Source: Eledone cirrhosa
Taxonomy: Eukaryota
Direction: 5' to 3'
DNA length: 64,000 nucleotides
NCBI GenBank assembly: GCA_964016885.1
Contig: OZ024761.1
Coordinates: 10,168,001 to 10,232,000, forward strand
Of the stretch, positions 24,901 to 39,900 are shown piece after piece. How positions within the stretch are numbered: position 1 is the stretch's first letter; each line of letters begins with the position of its first letter. The position numbers were made by a program, and so were the translations under genes. The notes beneath the pieces were generated by a model, which had not been told where the DNA came from, made no database searches, and worked only from the letters and a program-made list of their open reading frames with translations.

Positions 24901-27900
24901 TTTAAATACTCCCAACAAGAGCCACTCTCTTTAAATACTCTCAATGAGAGCCACTCTCTTTAAATACTCCCAACAAGAGCCACTCTCTTTAAATACTCCC
25001 AACAAGAGCCACTCTCTTTAAATACTCCCAACAAGAGCCACTCTCTTTAAATACTCCCAACAAGAGCCATTCTCTTTAAATACTCCCAACAAGAGCCACT
25101 CTCTTTAAATAAACGAGAGCCACTCTCTTTAAATACTCCCAACAAGAGCCACTCTCTTTAAATACTCTCAATGAGAGCCACTCTCTTTAAATACTCCCAA
25201 CAAGAGCCACTCTCTTTAAATACTCCCAACAAGAGCCACTCTCTTTAAATACTCCCAACAAGAGCCACTCTCTTTAAATACTCCCAACAAGAGCCACTCT
25301 CTTTAAATACTCCCAACCAGAGCCACTCTCTTTAAATACTCCCAACGAGAGCCACTCTCTTTAAATACTCCCAACAAGAGCCACTCTCTTTAAATACTCT
25401 CAATGAGAGCCACTCTCTTTAAATACTCCCAACAAGAGCCACTCTCTTTAAATACTCCCAACAAGAGCCACTCTCTTTAAATACTCCCAACAAGAGCCAC
25501 TCTCTTTAAATACTCCCAACAAGAGCCACTCTCTTTAAATACTCCCAACAAGAGCCACTCTCTTTAAATACCCTCAACAAGAGCCACTCTCTATAAATAC
25601 TCCCAACAAGAGCCACTCTCTTTAAATACGCCCAACAAGATCCACTCTCTTTAAATACTCCCAACGAGAGCCACTCTCTTTAAATACTCCCAACAAGAGC
25701 CACTCTCTTTAAATACTCCCAACGAGAGCCACTCTCTTTAAATACTCCCAACAAGAGCCACTCTCTTTAAATACTCCCAACGAGAGCCACTCTCTTTAAA
25801 TACTCCCAACGAGAGCCACTCTCTTTAAATACTCCCAACGAGAGCCACTCTCTTTAAATACTCCCAACAAGAGCCACTCTCTTTAAATACTCTCAACAAG
25901 AACCCCTCTCTTTAAATACTTCCAACGAGAGTCACTCTCTTTAAATACTTCCAACGAGAGTCACTCTCTTTAAATACTCTCAACGAGAGCCACTCTCTTT
26001 AAATACTCCCAACAAGAGCCACTCTCTTTAAATACTCCCAACGAGAGCCACTCTCTTTAAATACTCCCAACGAGAGCCACTCTCTTTAAATACTCCCAGC
26101 AAGAGCCACTCTCTTTAAATACTCCCAACAAGAGCCACTCTCTTTAAATACTCCCAACAAGAACCACTCTCTTTAAATACTTTCAACGAGAGTCACTCTC
26201 TTTAAATACTCTTAACGAGAGTCACTCTATTTAAATACTCCGAACAAGAGCCACTCTCTTTAAATACTCTCAACAAGAACCACTCTCTTTAAATACTTCC
26301 AACGAGAGTCACTCTCTTTAAATACTCCCAACGAGAGCCACTCTCTTTAAATACTCTCAACGAGAAGCACTCTCCTTAAATACTCCCAAGGAGAGCCACT
26401 CTCTTTAAATACTCCCAACGAGAGCCACTCTCTTTAAATACTCCCAACGAGAGCCACTCTCTTTAAATACTCCCAACGAGAGCCACTCTCTTTAAATACT
26501 CCCAACGAGAGCCACTCTCTTTAAATACTCCCAACGAGAGCCACTCTCTTTAAATACTCTCAACAAGAGCCACTCTCTTTAAATACTCCCAACAAGAGCC
26601 ACTCTCTTTAAATACTCCCAACGAGAGCCACTCTCTTTAAATACTCCCAACAAGAGCCACTCTCTTTAAATACTCCCAACAAGAGCCACTCTCTTTAAAT
26701 ATTCCCAACAAGAGCCACTCTCTTTAAATAAACGAGAGCCACTCTCTTTAAGTACTCTCAATGAGAGCCACTCTCTTTAAATACTCCCAACAAGAGCCAC
26801 TCTCTTTAAATACTCCCAACAAGAGCCACTCTCTTTAAATACTCCCAACAAGAGCCACTCTCTTTAAATACTCCCAACAAGAGCCATTCTCTTTAAATAC
26901 TCCCAACAAGAGCCACTCTCTTTAAATAAACGAGAGCCACTCTCTTTAAATACTCCCAACAAGAGCCACTCTCTTTAAATACTCTCAATGAGAGCCACTC
27001 TCTTTAAATACTCCCAACAAGAGCCACTCTCTTTAAATACTCCCAACAAGAGCCACTTTCTTTAAATACTCCCAACAAGAGCCACTCTCTTTAAATACTC
27101 CCAACCAGAGCCACTCTCTTTAAATACTCCCAACGAGAGACACTCTCTTTAAATACTCCCAACAAGAGCCACTCTCTTTAAATACTCTCAATGAGAGCCA
27201 CTCTCTTTAAATACTCCCAACAAGAGCCACTCTCTTTAAATACTCCCAACAAGAGCCACTCTCTTTAAATACTCCCAACAAGAGCCACTCTCTTTAAATA
27301 CTCCCAACAAGAGCCACTCTCTTTAAATACTCCCAACAAGAGCCACTCTCTTTAAATACCCTCAACAAGAGCCACTCTCTATAAATACTCCCAACAAGAG
27401 CCACTCTCTTTAAATACTCCCAACGAGAGCCACTCTCTTTAAATACTCTCAACAAGAACCCCTCTCTTTAAATACTTCCAACGAGAGTCACTCTCTTTAA
27501 ATACTTCCAACGAGAGTCACTCTCTTTAAATACTCTCAACGAGAGCCACTCTCTTTAAATACTCTTAACGAGAGTCACTCTATTTAAATACTCCGAACAA
27601 GAGCCACTCTCTTTAAATACTCCCAACGAGAGCCACTCTCTTTAAATACTCTCAACAAGAACAACTCTCTTTAAATACTTCCAACGAGAGTCACTCTCTT
27701 TAAATACTCCCAACGAGAGCCACTCTCTTTAAATACTCTCAACGAGAGCCACTCTCTTTAAATACTCCCAACGAGAGCCACTCTCTTTAAATACTCCCAA
27801 CGAGAGCCACTCTCTTTAAATACTCCCAACGAGAGCCACTCTCTTTAAATACTCCCAACGAGAGCCACTCTCTTTAAATACTCCCAACGAGAGCCACTCT

Positions 27901-30900
27901 CTTTAAATACTCTCAACAAGAGCCACTCTCTTTAAATACTCCCAACAAGAGCCACTCTCTTTAAATACTCCCAACGAGAGCCACTCTCTTTAAATACTCT
28001 CAACGAGAGCCACTCTCTTTAAATACTCTCAACAAGAGCCACTCTCTTTAAATACTCCCAACAAGAGCCACTCTCTTTAAATACTCCCAACAAGAGCCAC
28101 TCTCTTTAAATACTCCCAACGAGAGCCACTCTTTTTAAATACTCTCAACGAGTGCCACTCTCTTTAAATACTCCCAACGAGAGCCACTATCTTTAAATAT
28201 TCCCAACAAGAGCCACTCTATTTAAATACTCTCAACAAGAACCACTCTCTTTAAATACTTCCAACGAGAGTCACTCTCTTTAAATACTCCCAACGAGAGC
28301 CACTCTCTTTAAATACTCCCAACAAGAGCCACTCTCTTTAAATACTCCCAACAAGAGCCACTCTCTTTAAATAAACGAGAGCCACTCTCATTAAATACTC
28401 CCAACAAGAGCCACTCTCTTTAAATACTCTCAATGAGAGCCACTCTCTTTAAATACTCCCAACAAGAGCCACTCTCTTTAAATACTCCCAACAAGAGCCA
28501 CTCTCTTTAAATACTCCCAACAAGAGCCACTCTCTTTAAATACTCCCAACAAGAGCCATTCTCTTTAAATACTCCCAACAAGAACCACTCTCTTTAAATA
28601 AACGAGAGCCACTCTCTTTAAATACTCCCAACAAGAGCCACTCTCTTTAAATACTCTCAATGAGAGCCACTCTCTTTAAATACTCCCAACAAGAGCCACT
28701 CTCTTTAAATACTCCCAACAAGAGCCACTCTCTTTAAATACTCCCAACAAGAGCCACTCTCTTTAAATACTCCCAACAAGAGCCACACTCTTTAAATACT
28801 CCCAACCAGAGCCACTCTCTTTAAATACTCCCAACGAGAGACACTCTCTTTAAATACTCCCAACAAGAGCCACTCTCTTTAAATACTCTCAATGAGAGCC
28901 ACTCTCTTTAAATACTCCCAACAAGAGCCACTCTCTTTAAATACTCCCAACAAGAGCCACTCTCTTTAAATACTCCCAACAAGAGCCACTCTCTTTAAAT
29001 ACTCCCAACAAGAGCCACTCTCTTTAAATACCCTCAACAAGAGCCACTCTATAAATACTCCCAAGAAGAGCCACTCTCTTTAAATACTCCCAACGAGAGC
29101 CACTCTCTTTAAATACTCTCAACAAGAACCCCTCTCTTTAAATACTTCCAACGAGAGTCACTCTCTTTAAATACTTCCAACGAGAGTCACTCTCTTTAAA
29201 TACTCTCAACGAGAGCCACTCTCTTTAAATACTCTTAACGAGAGTCACTCTATTTAAATACTCCGAACAAGAGCCACTCTCTTTAAATACTCTCAACAAG
29301 AACAACTCTCTTTAAATACTTCCAACGAGAGTCACTCTCTTTAAATACTCCCAACGAGAGCCACTCTCTTTAAATACTCTCAACGAGAAGCACTCTCCTT
29401 AAATACTCCCAACGAGAGCCACTCTCTTTAAATACTCTCAACGAGAGCCACTCTCTTTAAATACTCCCAACGAGAGCCACTCTCTTTAAATACTCCCAAC
29501 GAGAGCCACTCTCTTTAAATACTCCCAACGAGAGCCACTCTCTTTAAATACTCCCAACGAGAGCCACTCTCTTTAAATACTCCCAACGAGAGCCACTCTC
29601 TTTAAATACTCCCAACGAGAGCCACTCTCTTTAAATACTCTCAACAAGAGCCACTCTCTTTAAATACTCCCAACAAGAGCTACTCTCTTTAAATACTCCC
29701 AACGAGAGCCACTCTCTTTAAATACTCTCAACGAGAGCCACTCTCTTTAAATACTCTCAACAAGAGCCACTCTCTTTAAATACTCCCAACAAGAGCCACT
29801 CTCTTTAAATACTCCCAACGAGACCCACTCTCTTTAAATACTCTCAACGAGTGCCACTCTCTTTAAATACTCCCAACGAGAGCCACTATCTTTAAATACT
29901 CCCAACAAGAGCCACTCTATTTAAATACTCTCAACAAGAACCACTCTCTTTAAATACTTCCAACGAGAGTCACTCTCTTTAAATACTCCCAACGAGAGCC
30001 ACTCTCTTTAAATACTCCCAACGAGAGCCACTCTCTTTAAATACTCCCAACAAGAGCCACTCTCTTTAAATACTCCCAACAAGAGCCACTCTCTTTAAAT
30101 AAACGAGAGCCACTCTCATTAAATACTCCCAACAAGAGCCACTCTCTTTAAATACTCTCAATGAGAGCCACTCTCTTTAAATACTCCCAACAAAAGCCAC
30201 TCTCTTTAAATACTCCCAACAAGAGCCATTCTCTTTAAATACTCCCAACAAGAGCCACTCTCTTTAAATACTCCCAACAAGAGCCATTCTCTTTAAATAC
30301 TCCCAACAAGAACCACTCTCTTTAAATAAACGAGAGCCACTCTCTTTAAATACTCCCAACAAGAGCCACTCTCTTTAAATACTCTCAATGAGAGCCACTC
30401 TCTTTAAATACTCCCAACAAGAGCCACTCTCTTTAAATACTCCCAACAAGAGCCACTCTCTTTAAATACTCCCAACAAGAGCCACTCTCTTTAAATACTC
30501 CCAACAAAAGCCACTCTCTTTAAATACTCCCAACCAGAGCCACTCTCTTTAAATACTCCCAACGAGAGCCACTCTCTTTAAATACTCCCAACAAGAGCCA
30601 CTCTCTTTAAATACTCCCAACAAGAGCCACTCTCTTTAAATACTCCCAACAAGAGCCACTCTCTTTAAATACTCTCAACAAGAGCCACTCTCTATAAATA
30701 CTCCCAACAAGAGCCACTCTCTTTAAATACTCCCAACAAGAGCCACTCTCTTTAAATACTCCCAACAAGAGCCACTCTCTTTAAATACTCTCAACAAGAA
30801 CCACTCTCTTTAAATACTTCCAACGAGAGTCACTCTCATTAAATACTCCCAACGAGAGCCACTCTCTTTAAATACTCCCAACAAGAGCCACTCTCTTTAA

Positions 30901-33900
30901 ATACTCCCAACAAGAGCCACTCTCTTTAAATACTCTCAACAAGAACCACTCTCTTTAAATACTTCCAACGAGAGTCACTCTCTTTAAATACTCCCAACGA
31001 GAGCCACTCTCTTTAAATACTCCCAACAAGAGCCACTCTCTTTAAATACTCCCAACGAGAGCCACTCTTTAATTACTCCCAACGAGAGCCACTCTCTTTA
31101 AATACTCCCAACAAGAGCCACTCTCTTTAAATACTCCCAACGAGAGCCACTCTCTTTAAATACTCCCAGCGAGAGCCACTCTCTTTAAATACTCCCAACG
31201 AGAGCCACTCTCTTTAAATATTTCCAACGAGAGCCACTCTCTTTAAATACTCCCAACAAGAGCCACTCTCTTTAAATACTCCCAACAAGAGCCACTCTCT
31301 TTAAATACTCCCAACAAGAGCCACTCTCTTTAAATACTCCCAACAAGAGCCACTCTCTTTAAATACTCCCAACAAGAGCCACTCTCTTTAAATACTCCCA
31401 ACCAGAGCCACTCTCTTTAAATACTCCCAACGAGAGACACTCTCTTTAAATACTCCCAACAAGAGCCACTCTCTTTAAATACTCTCAATGAGAGCCACTC
31501 TCTTTAAATACTCCCAACAAGAGCCACTCTCTTTAAATACTCCCAACAAGAGCCACTCTCTTTAAATACTCCCAACAAGAGCCACTCTCTTTAAATACTC
31601 CCAACAAGAGCCACTCTCTTTAAATACCCTCAACAAGAGCCACTCTATAAATACTCCCAAGAAGAGCCACTCTCTTTAAATACTCCCAACGAGAGCCACT
31701 CTCTTTAAATACTCCCAGCGAGAGCCACTCTCTTTAAATACTCCCAACGAGAGCCACTCTCTTTAAATATTTCCAACGAGAGCCACTCTCTTTAAATACT
31801 CCCAACAAGAGCCACTCTCTTTAAATACTCCCAACAAGAGCCACTCTCTTTAAATACTCCCAACGAGAGCCACTCTCTTTAAATACTCTCAACGAGTGCC
31901 ACTCTCTTTAAATACTCCCAACGAGAGCCACTATCTTTAAATACTCCCAACAAGAGCCACTCTATTTAAATACTCTCAACAAGAACCACTCTCTTTAAAT
32001 ACTTCCAACGAGAGTCACTCTCTTTAAATACTCCCAACGAGAGCCACTCTCTTTAAATACTCCCAACAAGAGCCACTCTCTTTAAATACTCCCAACAAGA
32101 GCCACTCTCTTTAAATAAACGAGAGCCACTCTCATTAAATACTCCCAACAAGAGCCACTCTCTTTAAATACTCTCAATGAGAGCCACTCTCTTTAAATAC
32201 TCCCAACAAGAGCCACTCTCTTTAAATACTCCCAACAAGAGCCACTCTCTTTAAATACTCCCAACAAGAGCCACTCTCTTTAAATACTCCCAACAAGAGC
32301 CATTCTCTTTAAATACTCCCCACAAGAACCACTCTCTTTAAATAAACGAGAGCCACTCTCTTTAAATACTCCCAACAAGAGCCACTCTCTTTAAATACTC
32401 TCAATGAGAGCCACTCTCTTTAAATACTCCCAACAAGAGCCACTCTCTTTAAATACTCCCAACAAGAGCCACTCTCTTTAAATACTCCCAACAAGAGCCA
32501 CTCTCTTTAAATACTCCCAACAAGAGCCACTCTCTTTAAATACTCCCAACCAGAGCCACTCTCTTTAAATACTCCCAACGAGAGACACTCTCTTTAAATA
32601 CTCCCAACAAGAGCCACTCTCTTTGAATACTCTCAATGAGAGCCACTCTCTTTAAATACTCCCAACAAGAGCCACTCTCTTTAAATACTCCCAACAAGAG
32701 CCACTCTCTTTAAATACTCCCAACAAGAGCCACTCTCTTTAAATACTCCCAACAAGAGCCACTCTCTTTAAATACCCTCAACAAGAGCCACTCTATAAAT
32801 ACTCCCAAGAAGAGCCACTCTCTTTAAATACTCCCAACGAGAGCCACTCTCTTTAAATACTCTCAACAAGAACCCCTCTCTTTAAATACTTACAACGAGA
32901 GTCACTCTCTTTAAATACTTCCAACGAGAGTCACTCTCTTTAAATACTCTCAACGAGAGCCACTCTCTTTAAATACTCTTAACGAGAGTCACTCTATTTA
33001 AATACTCCGAACAAGAGCCACTCTCTTTAAATACTCTCAACAAGAACAACTCTCTTTAAATACTTCCAACGAGAGTCACTCTCTTTAAATACTCCCAACG
33101 AGAGCCACTCTCTTTAAATACTCTCAACGAGAAGCACTCTCCTTAAATACTCCCAACGAGAGCCACTCTCTTTAAATACTCTCAACGAGAGCCACTCTCT
33201 TTAAATACTCCCAACGAGAGCCACTCTCTTTAAATACTCCCAACGAGAGCCACTCTCTTTAAATACTCCCAACGAGAGCCACTCTCTTTAAATACTCCCA
33301 ACGAGAGCCACTCTCTTTAAATACTCCCAACGAGAGCCACTCTCTTTAAATACTCCCAACGAGAGCCACTCTCTTTAAATACTCTCAACAAGAGCCACTC
33401 TCTTTAAATACTCCCAACAAGAGCTACTCTCTTTAAATACTCCCAACGAGAGCCACTCTCTTTAAATACTCTCAACGAGAGCCACTCTCTTTAAATACTC
33501 TCAACAAGAGCCACTCTCTTTAAATACTCCCAACAAGAGCCACTCTCTTTAAATACTCCCAACAAGAGCCACTCTCTTTAAATACTCCCAACGAGAGCCA
33601 CTCTCTTTAAATACTCTCAACGAGAGCCACTCTCTTTAAATACTCCCAACAAGAGCCACTATCTTTAAATACTCCCAACAAGAGCCACTCTATTTAAATA
33701 CTCTCAACAAGAACCACTCTCTTTAAATACTTCCAACGAGAGTCACTCTCTTTAAATACTCCCAACGAGAGCCACTCTCTTTAAATACTCCCAACAAGAG
33801 CCACTCTCTTTAAATACTCCCAACAAGAGCCACTCTCTTTAAATACTCCCAACAAGAGCCACTCTTTAAATAAACGAGAGCCACTCATTAAATACTCCCA

Positions 33901-36900
33901 ACAAGAGCCACTCTCTTTAAATACTCTCAATGAGAGCCACTCTCTTTAAATACTCCCAACAAAAGCCACTCTCTTTAAATACTCCCAACAAGAGCCATTC
34001 TCTTTAAATACTCCCAACAAGAGCCACTCTCTTTAAATACTCCCAACAAGAGCCATTCTCTTTAAATACTCCCAACAAGAACCACTCTCTTTAAATAAAC
34101 GAGAGCCACTCTCTTTAAATACTCCCAACAAGAGCCACTCTCTTTAAATACTCTCAATGAGAGCCACTCTCTTTAAATACTCCCAACAAGAGCCACTCTC
34201 TTTAAATACTCCCAACAAGAGCCACTCTCTTTAAATACTCCCAACAAGAGCCACTCTCTTTAAATACTCCCAACAAAAGCCACTCTCTTTAAATACTCCC
34301 AACCAGAGCCACTCTCTTTAAATACTCCCAACGAGAGCCACTCTCTTTAAATACTCCCAACAAGAGCCACTCTCTTTAAATACTCTCAATGAGAGCCACT
34401 CTCTTTAAATACTCCCAACAAGAGCCACTCTCTTTAAATACTCCCAACAAGAGCCACTCTCTTTAAATACTCCCAACAAGAGCCACTCTCTTTAAATACT
34501 CCCAACAAGAGCCACTCTCTTTAAATACTCTCAACAAGAGCCACTCTCTATAAATACTCCCAACAAGAGCCACTCTCTTTAAATACTCCCAACAAGAGCC
34601 ACTCTCTTTAAATACTCCCAACAAGAGCCACTCTCTTTAAATACTCTCAACAAGAACCACTCTCTTTAAATACTTCCAACGAGAGTCACTCTCATTAAAT
34701 ACTCCCAACGAGAGCCACTCTCTTTAAATACTCCCAACAAGAGCCACTCTCTTTAAATACTCCCAACAAGAGCCACTCTCTTTAAATACTCTCAACAAGA
34801 ACCACTCTCTTTAAATACTTCCAACGAGAGTCACTCTCTTTAAATACTCCCAACGAGAGCCACTCTCTTTAAATACTCCCAACAAGTGCCACTCTCTTTA
34901 AATACTCCCAACGAGAGCCACTCTTTAATTACTCCCAACGAGAGCCACTCTCTTTAAATACTCCCAACAAGAGCCACTCTCTTTAAATACTCCCAACGAG
35001 AGCCACTCTCTTTAAATACTCCCAGCGAGAGCCACTCTCTTTAAATACTCCCAACGAGAGCCACTCTCTTTAAATATTTCCAACGAGAGCCACTCTCTTT
35101 AAATACTCCCAACAAGAGCCACACTCTTTAAATACTCCCAACAAGAGCCACTCTCTTTAAATACTCCCAACAAGAGCCACTCTCTTTAAATACTCCCAAC
35201 AAGAGCCACTCTCTTTAAATACTCCCAACAAGAGCCACTCTCTTTAAATAAACGAGAGCCACTCTCATTAAATACTCCCAACAAGAGCCACTCTCTTTAA
35301 ATACTCTCAATGAGAGCCACTCTCTTTAAATACTCCCAACAAAAGCCACTCTCTTTAAATACTCCCAACAAGAGCCATTCTCTTTAAATACTCCCAACAA
35401 GAGCCACTCTCTTTAAATACTCCCAACAAGAGCCATTCTCTTTAAATACTCCCAACAAGAACCACTCTCTTTAAATAAACGAGAGCCACTCTCTTTAAAT
35501 ACTCCCAACAAGAGCCACTCTCTTTAAATACTCTCAATGAGAGCCACTCTCTTTAAATACTCCCAACAAGAGCCACTCTCTTTAAATACTCCCAACAAGA
35601 GCCACTCTCTTTAAATACTCCCAACAAGAGCCACTCTCTTTAAATACTCCCAACAAAAGCCACTCTCTTTAAATACTCCCAACCAGAGCCACTCTCTTTA
35701 AATACTCCCAACGAGAGCCACTCTCTTTAAATACTCCCAACAAGAGCCACTCTCTTTAAATACTCCCAACAAGAGCCACTCTCTTTAAATACTCCCAACA
35801 AGAGCCACTCTCTTTAAATACTCTCAACAAGAGCCACTCTCTATAAATACTCCCAACAAGAGCCACTCTCTTTAAATACTCCCAACAAGAGCCACTCTCT
35901 TTAAATACTCCCAACAAGAGCCACTCTCTTTAAATACTCTCAACAAGAACCACTCTCTTTAAATACTTCCAACGAGAGTCACTCTCATTAAATACTCCCA
36001 ACGAGAGCCACTCTCTTTAAATACTCCCAACAAGAGCCACTCTCTTTAAATACTCCCAACAAGAGCCACTCTCTTTAAATACTCTCAACAAGAACCACTC
36101 TCTTTAAATACTTCCAACGAGAGTCACTCTCTTTAAATACTCCCAACGAGAGCCACTCTCTTTAAATACTCCCAACAAGAGCCACTCTCTTTAAATACTC
36201 CCAACGAGAGCCACTCTTTAATTACTCCCAACGAGAGCCACTCTCTTTAAATACTCCCAACAAGAGCCACTCTCTTTAAATACTCCCAACAAGAGCCACT
36301 CTCTTTAAATACTCTCAACAAGAACCACTCTCTTTAAATACTTCCAACGAGAGTCACTCTCATTAAATACTCCCAACGAGAGCCACTCTCTTTAAATACT
36401 CCCAACAAGAGCCACTCTCTTTAAATACTCCCAACAAGAGCCACTCTCTTTAAATACTCTCAACAAGAACCACTCTCTTTAAATACTTCCAACGAGAGTC
36501 ACTCTCTTTAAATACTCCCAACGAGAGCCACTCTCTTTAAATACTCCCAACAAGTGCCACTCTCTTTAAATACTCCCAACGAGAGCCACTCTTTAATTAC
36601 TCCCAACGAGAGCCACTCTCTTTAAATACTCCCAACAAGAGCCACTCTCTTTAAATACTCCCAACGAGAGCCACTCTCTTTAAATACTCCCAGCGAGAGC
36701 CACTCTCTTTAAATACTCCCAACGAGAGCCACTCTCTTTAAATATTTCCAACGAGAGCCACTCTCTTTAAATACTCCCAACAAGAGCCACACTCTTTAAA
36801 TACTCCCAACAAGAGCCACTCTCTTTAAATACTCCCAACAAGAGCCACTCTCTTTAAATACTCCCAACAAGAGCCACTCTCTTTAAATACTCCCAACAAG

Positions 36901-39900
36901 AGCCACTCTCTTTAAATAAACGAGAGCCACTCTCATTAAATACTCCCAACAAGAGCCACTCTCTTTAAATACTCTCAATGAGAGCCACTCTCTTTAAATA
37001 CTCCCAACAAAAGCCACTCTCTTTAAATACTCCCAACAAGAGCCATTCTCTTTAAATACTCCCAACAAGAGCCACTCTCTTTAAATACTCCCAACAAGAG
37101 CCATTCTCTTTAAATACTCCCAACAAGAACCACTCTCTTTAAATAAACGAGAGCCACTCTCTTTAAATACTCCCAACAAGAGCCACTCTCTTTAAATACT
37201 CTCAATGAGAGCCACTCTCTTTAAATACTCCCAACAAGAGCCACTCTCTTTAAATACTCCCAACAAGAGCCACTCTCTTTAAATACTCCCAACAAGAGCC
37301 ACTCTCTTTAAATACTCCCAACAAAAGCCACTCTCTTTAAATACTCCCAACCAGAGCCACTCTCTTTAAATACTCCCAACGAGAGCCACTCTCTTTAAAT
37401 ACTCCCAACAAGAGCCACTCTCTTTAAATACTCCCAACAAGAGCCACTCTCTTTAAATACTCCCAACAAGAGCCACTCTCTTTAAATACTCTCAACAAGA
37501 GCCACTCTCTATAAATACTCCCAACAAGAGCCACTCTCTTTAAATACTCCCAACAAGAGCCACTCTCTTTAAATACTCCCAACAAGAGCCACTCTCTTTA
37601 AATACTCTCAACAAGAACCACTCTCTTTAAATACTTCCAACGAGAGTCACTCTCATTAAATACTCCCAACGAGAGCCACTCTCTTTAAATACTCCCAACA
37701 AGAGCCACTCTCTTTAAATACTCCCAACAAGAGCCACTCTCTTTAAATACTCTCAACAAGAACCACTCTCTTTAAATACTTCCAACGAGAGTCACTCTCT
37801 TTAAATACTCCCAACGAGAGCCACTCTCTTTAAATACTCCCAACAAGAGCCACTCTCTTTAAATACTCCCAACGAGAGCCACTCTTTAATTACTCCCAAC
37901 GAGAGCCACTCTCTTTAAATACTCCCAACAAGAGCCACTCTCTTTAAATACTCCCAACGAGAGCCACTCTCTTTAAATACTCCCAGCGAGAGCCACTCTC
38001 TTTAAATACTCCCAACGAGAGCCACTCTCTTTAAATATTTCCAACGAGAGCCACTCTCTTTAAATACTCCCAACAAGAGCCACTCTCTTTAAATACTCCC
38101 AACAAGAGCCACTCTCTTTAAATACTCCCAACGAGAGCCACTCTCTTTAAATACTCCCAACAAGAGCCACTCTCTTTAAATACTCCCAACCAGAGCCACT
38201 CTCTTTAAATACTCCCAACGAGAGACACTCTCTTTAAATACTCCCAACAAGAGCCACTCTCTTTAAATACTCTCAATGAGAGCCACTCTCTTTAAATACT
38301 CCCAACAAGAGCCACTCTCTTTAAATACTCCCAACAAGAGCCACTCTCTTTAAATACTCCCAACAAGAGCCACTCTCTTTAAATACTCCCAACAAGAGCC
38401 ACTCTCTTTAAATACTCCCAACAAGAGCCACTCTCTTTAAATACCCTCAACAAGAGCCACTCTATAAATACTCCCAAGAAGAGCCACTCTCTTTAAATAC
38501 TCCCAACGAGAGCCACTCTCTTTAAATACTCCCAGCGAGAGCCACTCTCTTTAAATACTCCCAACGAGAGCCACTCTCTTTAAATATTTCCAACGAGAGC
38601 CACTCTCTTTAAATACTCCCAACAAGAGCCACTCTCTTTAAATACTCCCAACAAGAGCCACTCTCTTTAAATACTCCCAACGAGAGCCACTCTCTTTAAA
38701 TACTCTCAACGAGTGCCACTCTCTTTAAATACTCCCAACGAGAGCCACTATCTTTAAATACTCCCAACAAGAGCCACTCTATTTAAATACTCTCAACAAG
38801 AACCACTCTCTTTAAATACTTCCAACGAGAGTCACTCTCTTTAAATACTCCCAACGAGAGCAACTCTCTTTAAATACTCCCAACAAGAGCCACTCTCTTT
38901 AAATACTCCCAACAAGAGCCACTCTCTTTAAATAAACGAGAGCCACTCTCATTAAATACTCCCAACAAGAGCCACTCTCTTTAAATACTCTCAATGAGAG
39001 CCACTCTCTTTAAATACTCCCAACAAGAGCCACTCTCTTTAAATACTCCCAACAAGAGCCACTCTCTTTAAATACTCCCAACAAGAGCCACTCTCTTTAA
39101 ATACTCCCAACAAGAGCCATTCTCTTTAAATACTCCCAACAAGAACCACTCTCTTTAAATAAACGAGAGCCACTCTCTTTAAATACTCCCAACAAGAGCC
39201 ACTCTCTTTAAATACTCTCAATGAGAGCCACTCTCTTTAAATACTCCCAACAAGAGCCACTCTCTTTAAATACTCCCAACAAGAGCCACTCTCTTTAAAT
39301 ACTCCCAACAAGAGCCACTCTCTTTAAATACTCCCAACAAGAGCCACTCTCTTTAAATACTCCCAACCAGAGCCACTCTCTTTAAATACTCCCAACGAGA
39401 GACACTCTCTTTAAATACTCCCAACAAGAGCCACTCTCTTTAAATACTCTCAATGAGAGCCACTCTCTTTAAATACTCCCAACAAGAGCCACTCTCTTTA
39501 AATACTCCCAACAAGAGCCACTCTCTTTAAATATTCCCAACAAGAGCCACTCTCTTTAAATACTCCCAACAAGAGCCACTCTCTTTAAATACCCTCAACA
39601 AGAGCCACTCTATAAATACTCCCAAGAAGAGCCACTCTCTTTAAATACTCCCAACGAGAGCCACTCTCTTTAAATACTCTCAACAAGAACCCCTCTCTTT
39701 AAATACTTACAACGAGAGTCACTCTCTTTAAATACTTCCAACGAGAGTCACTCTCTTTAAATACTCTCAACGAGAGCCACTCTCTTTAAATACTCTTAAC
39801 GAGAGTCACTCTATTTAAATACTCCGAACAAGAGCCACTCTCTTTAAATACTCTCAACAAGAACAACTCTCTTTAAATACTTCCAACGAGAGTCACTCTC

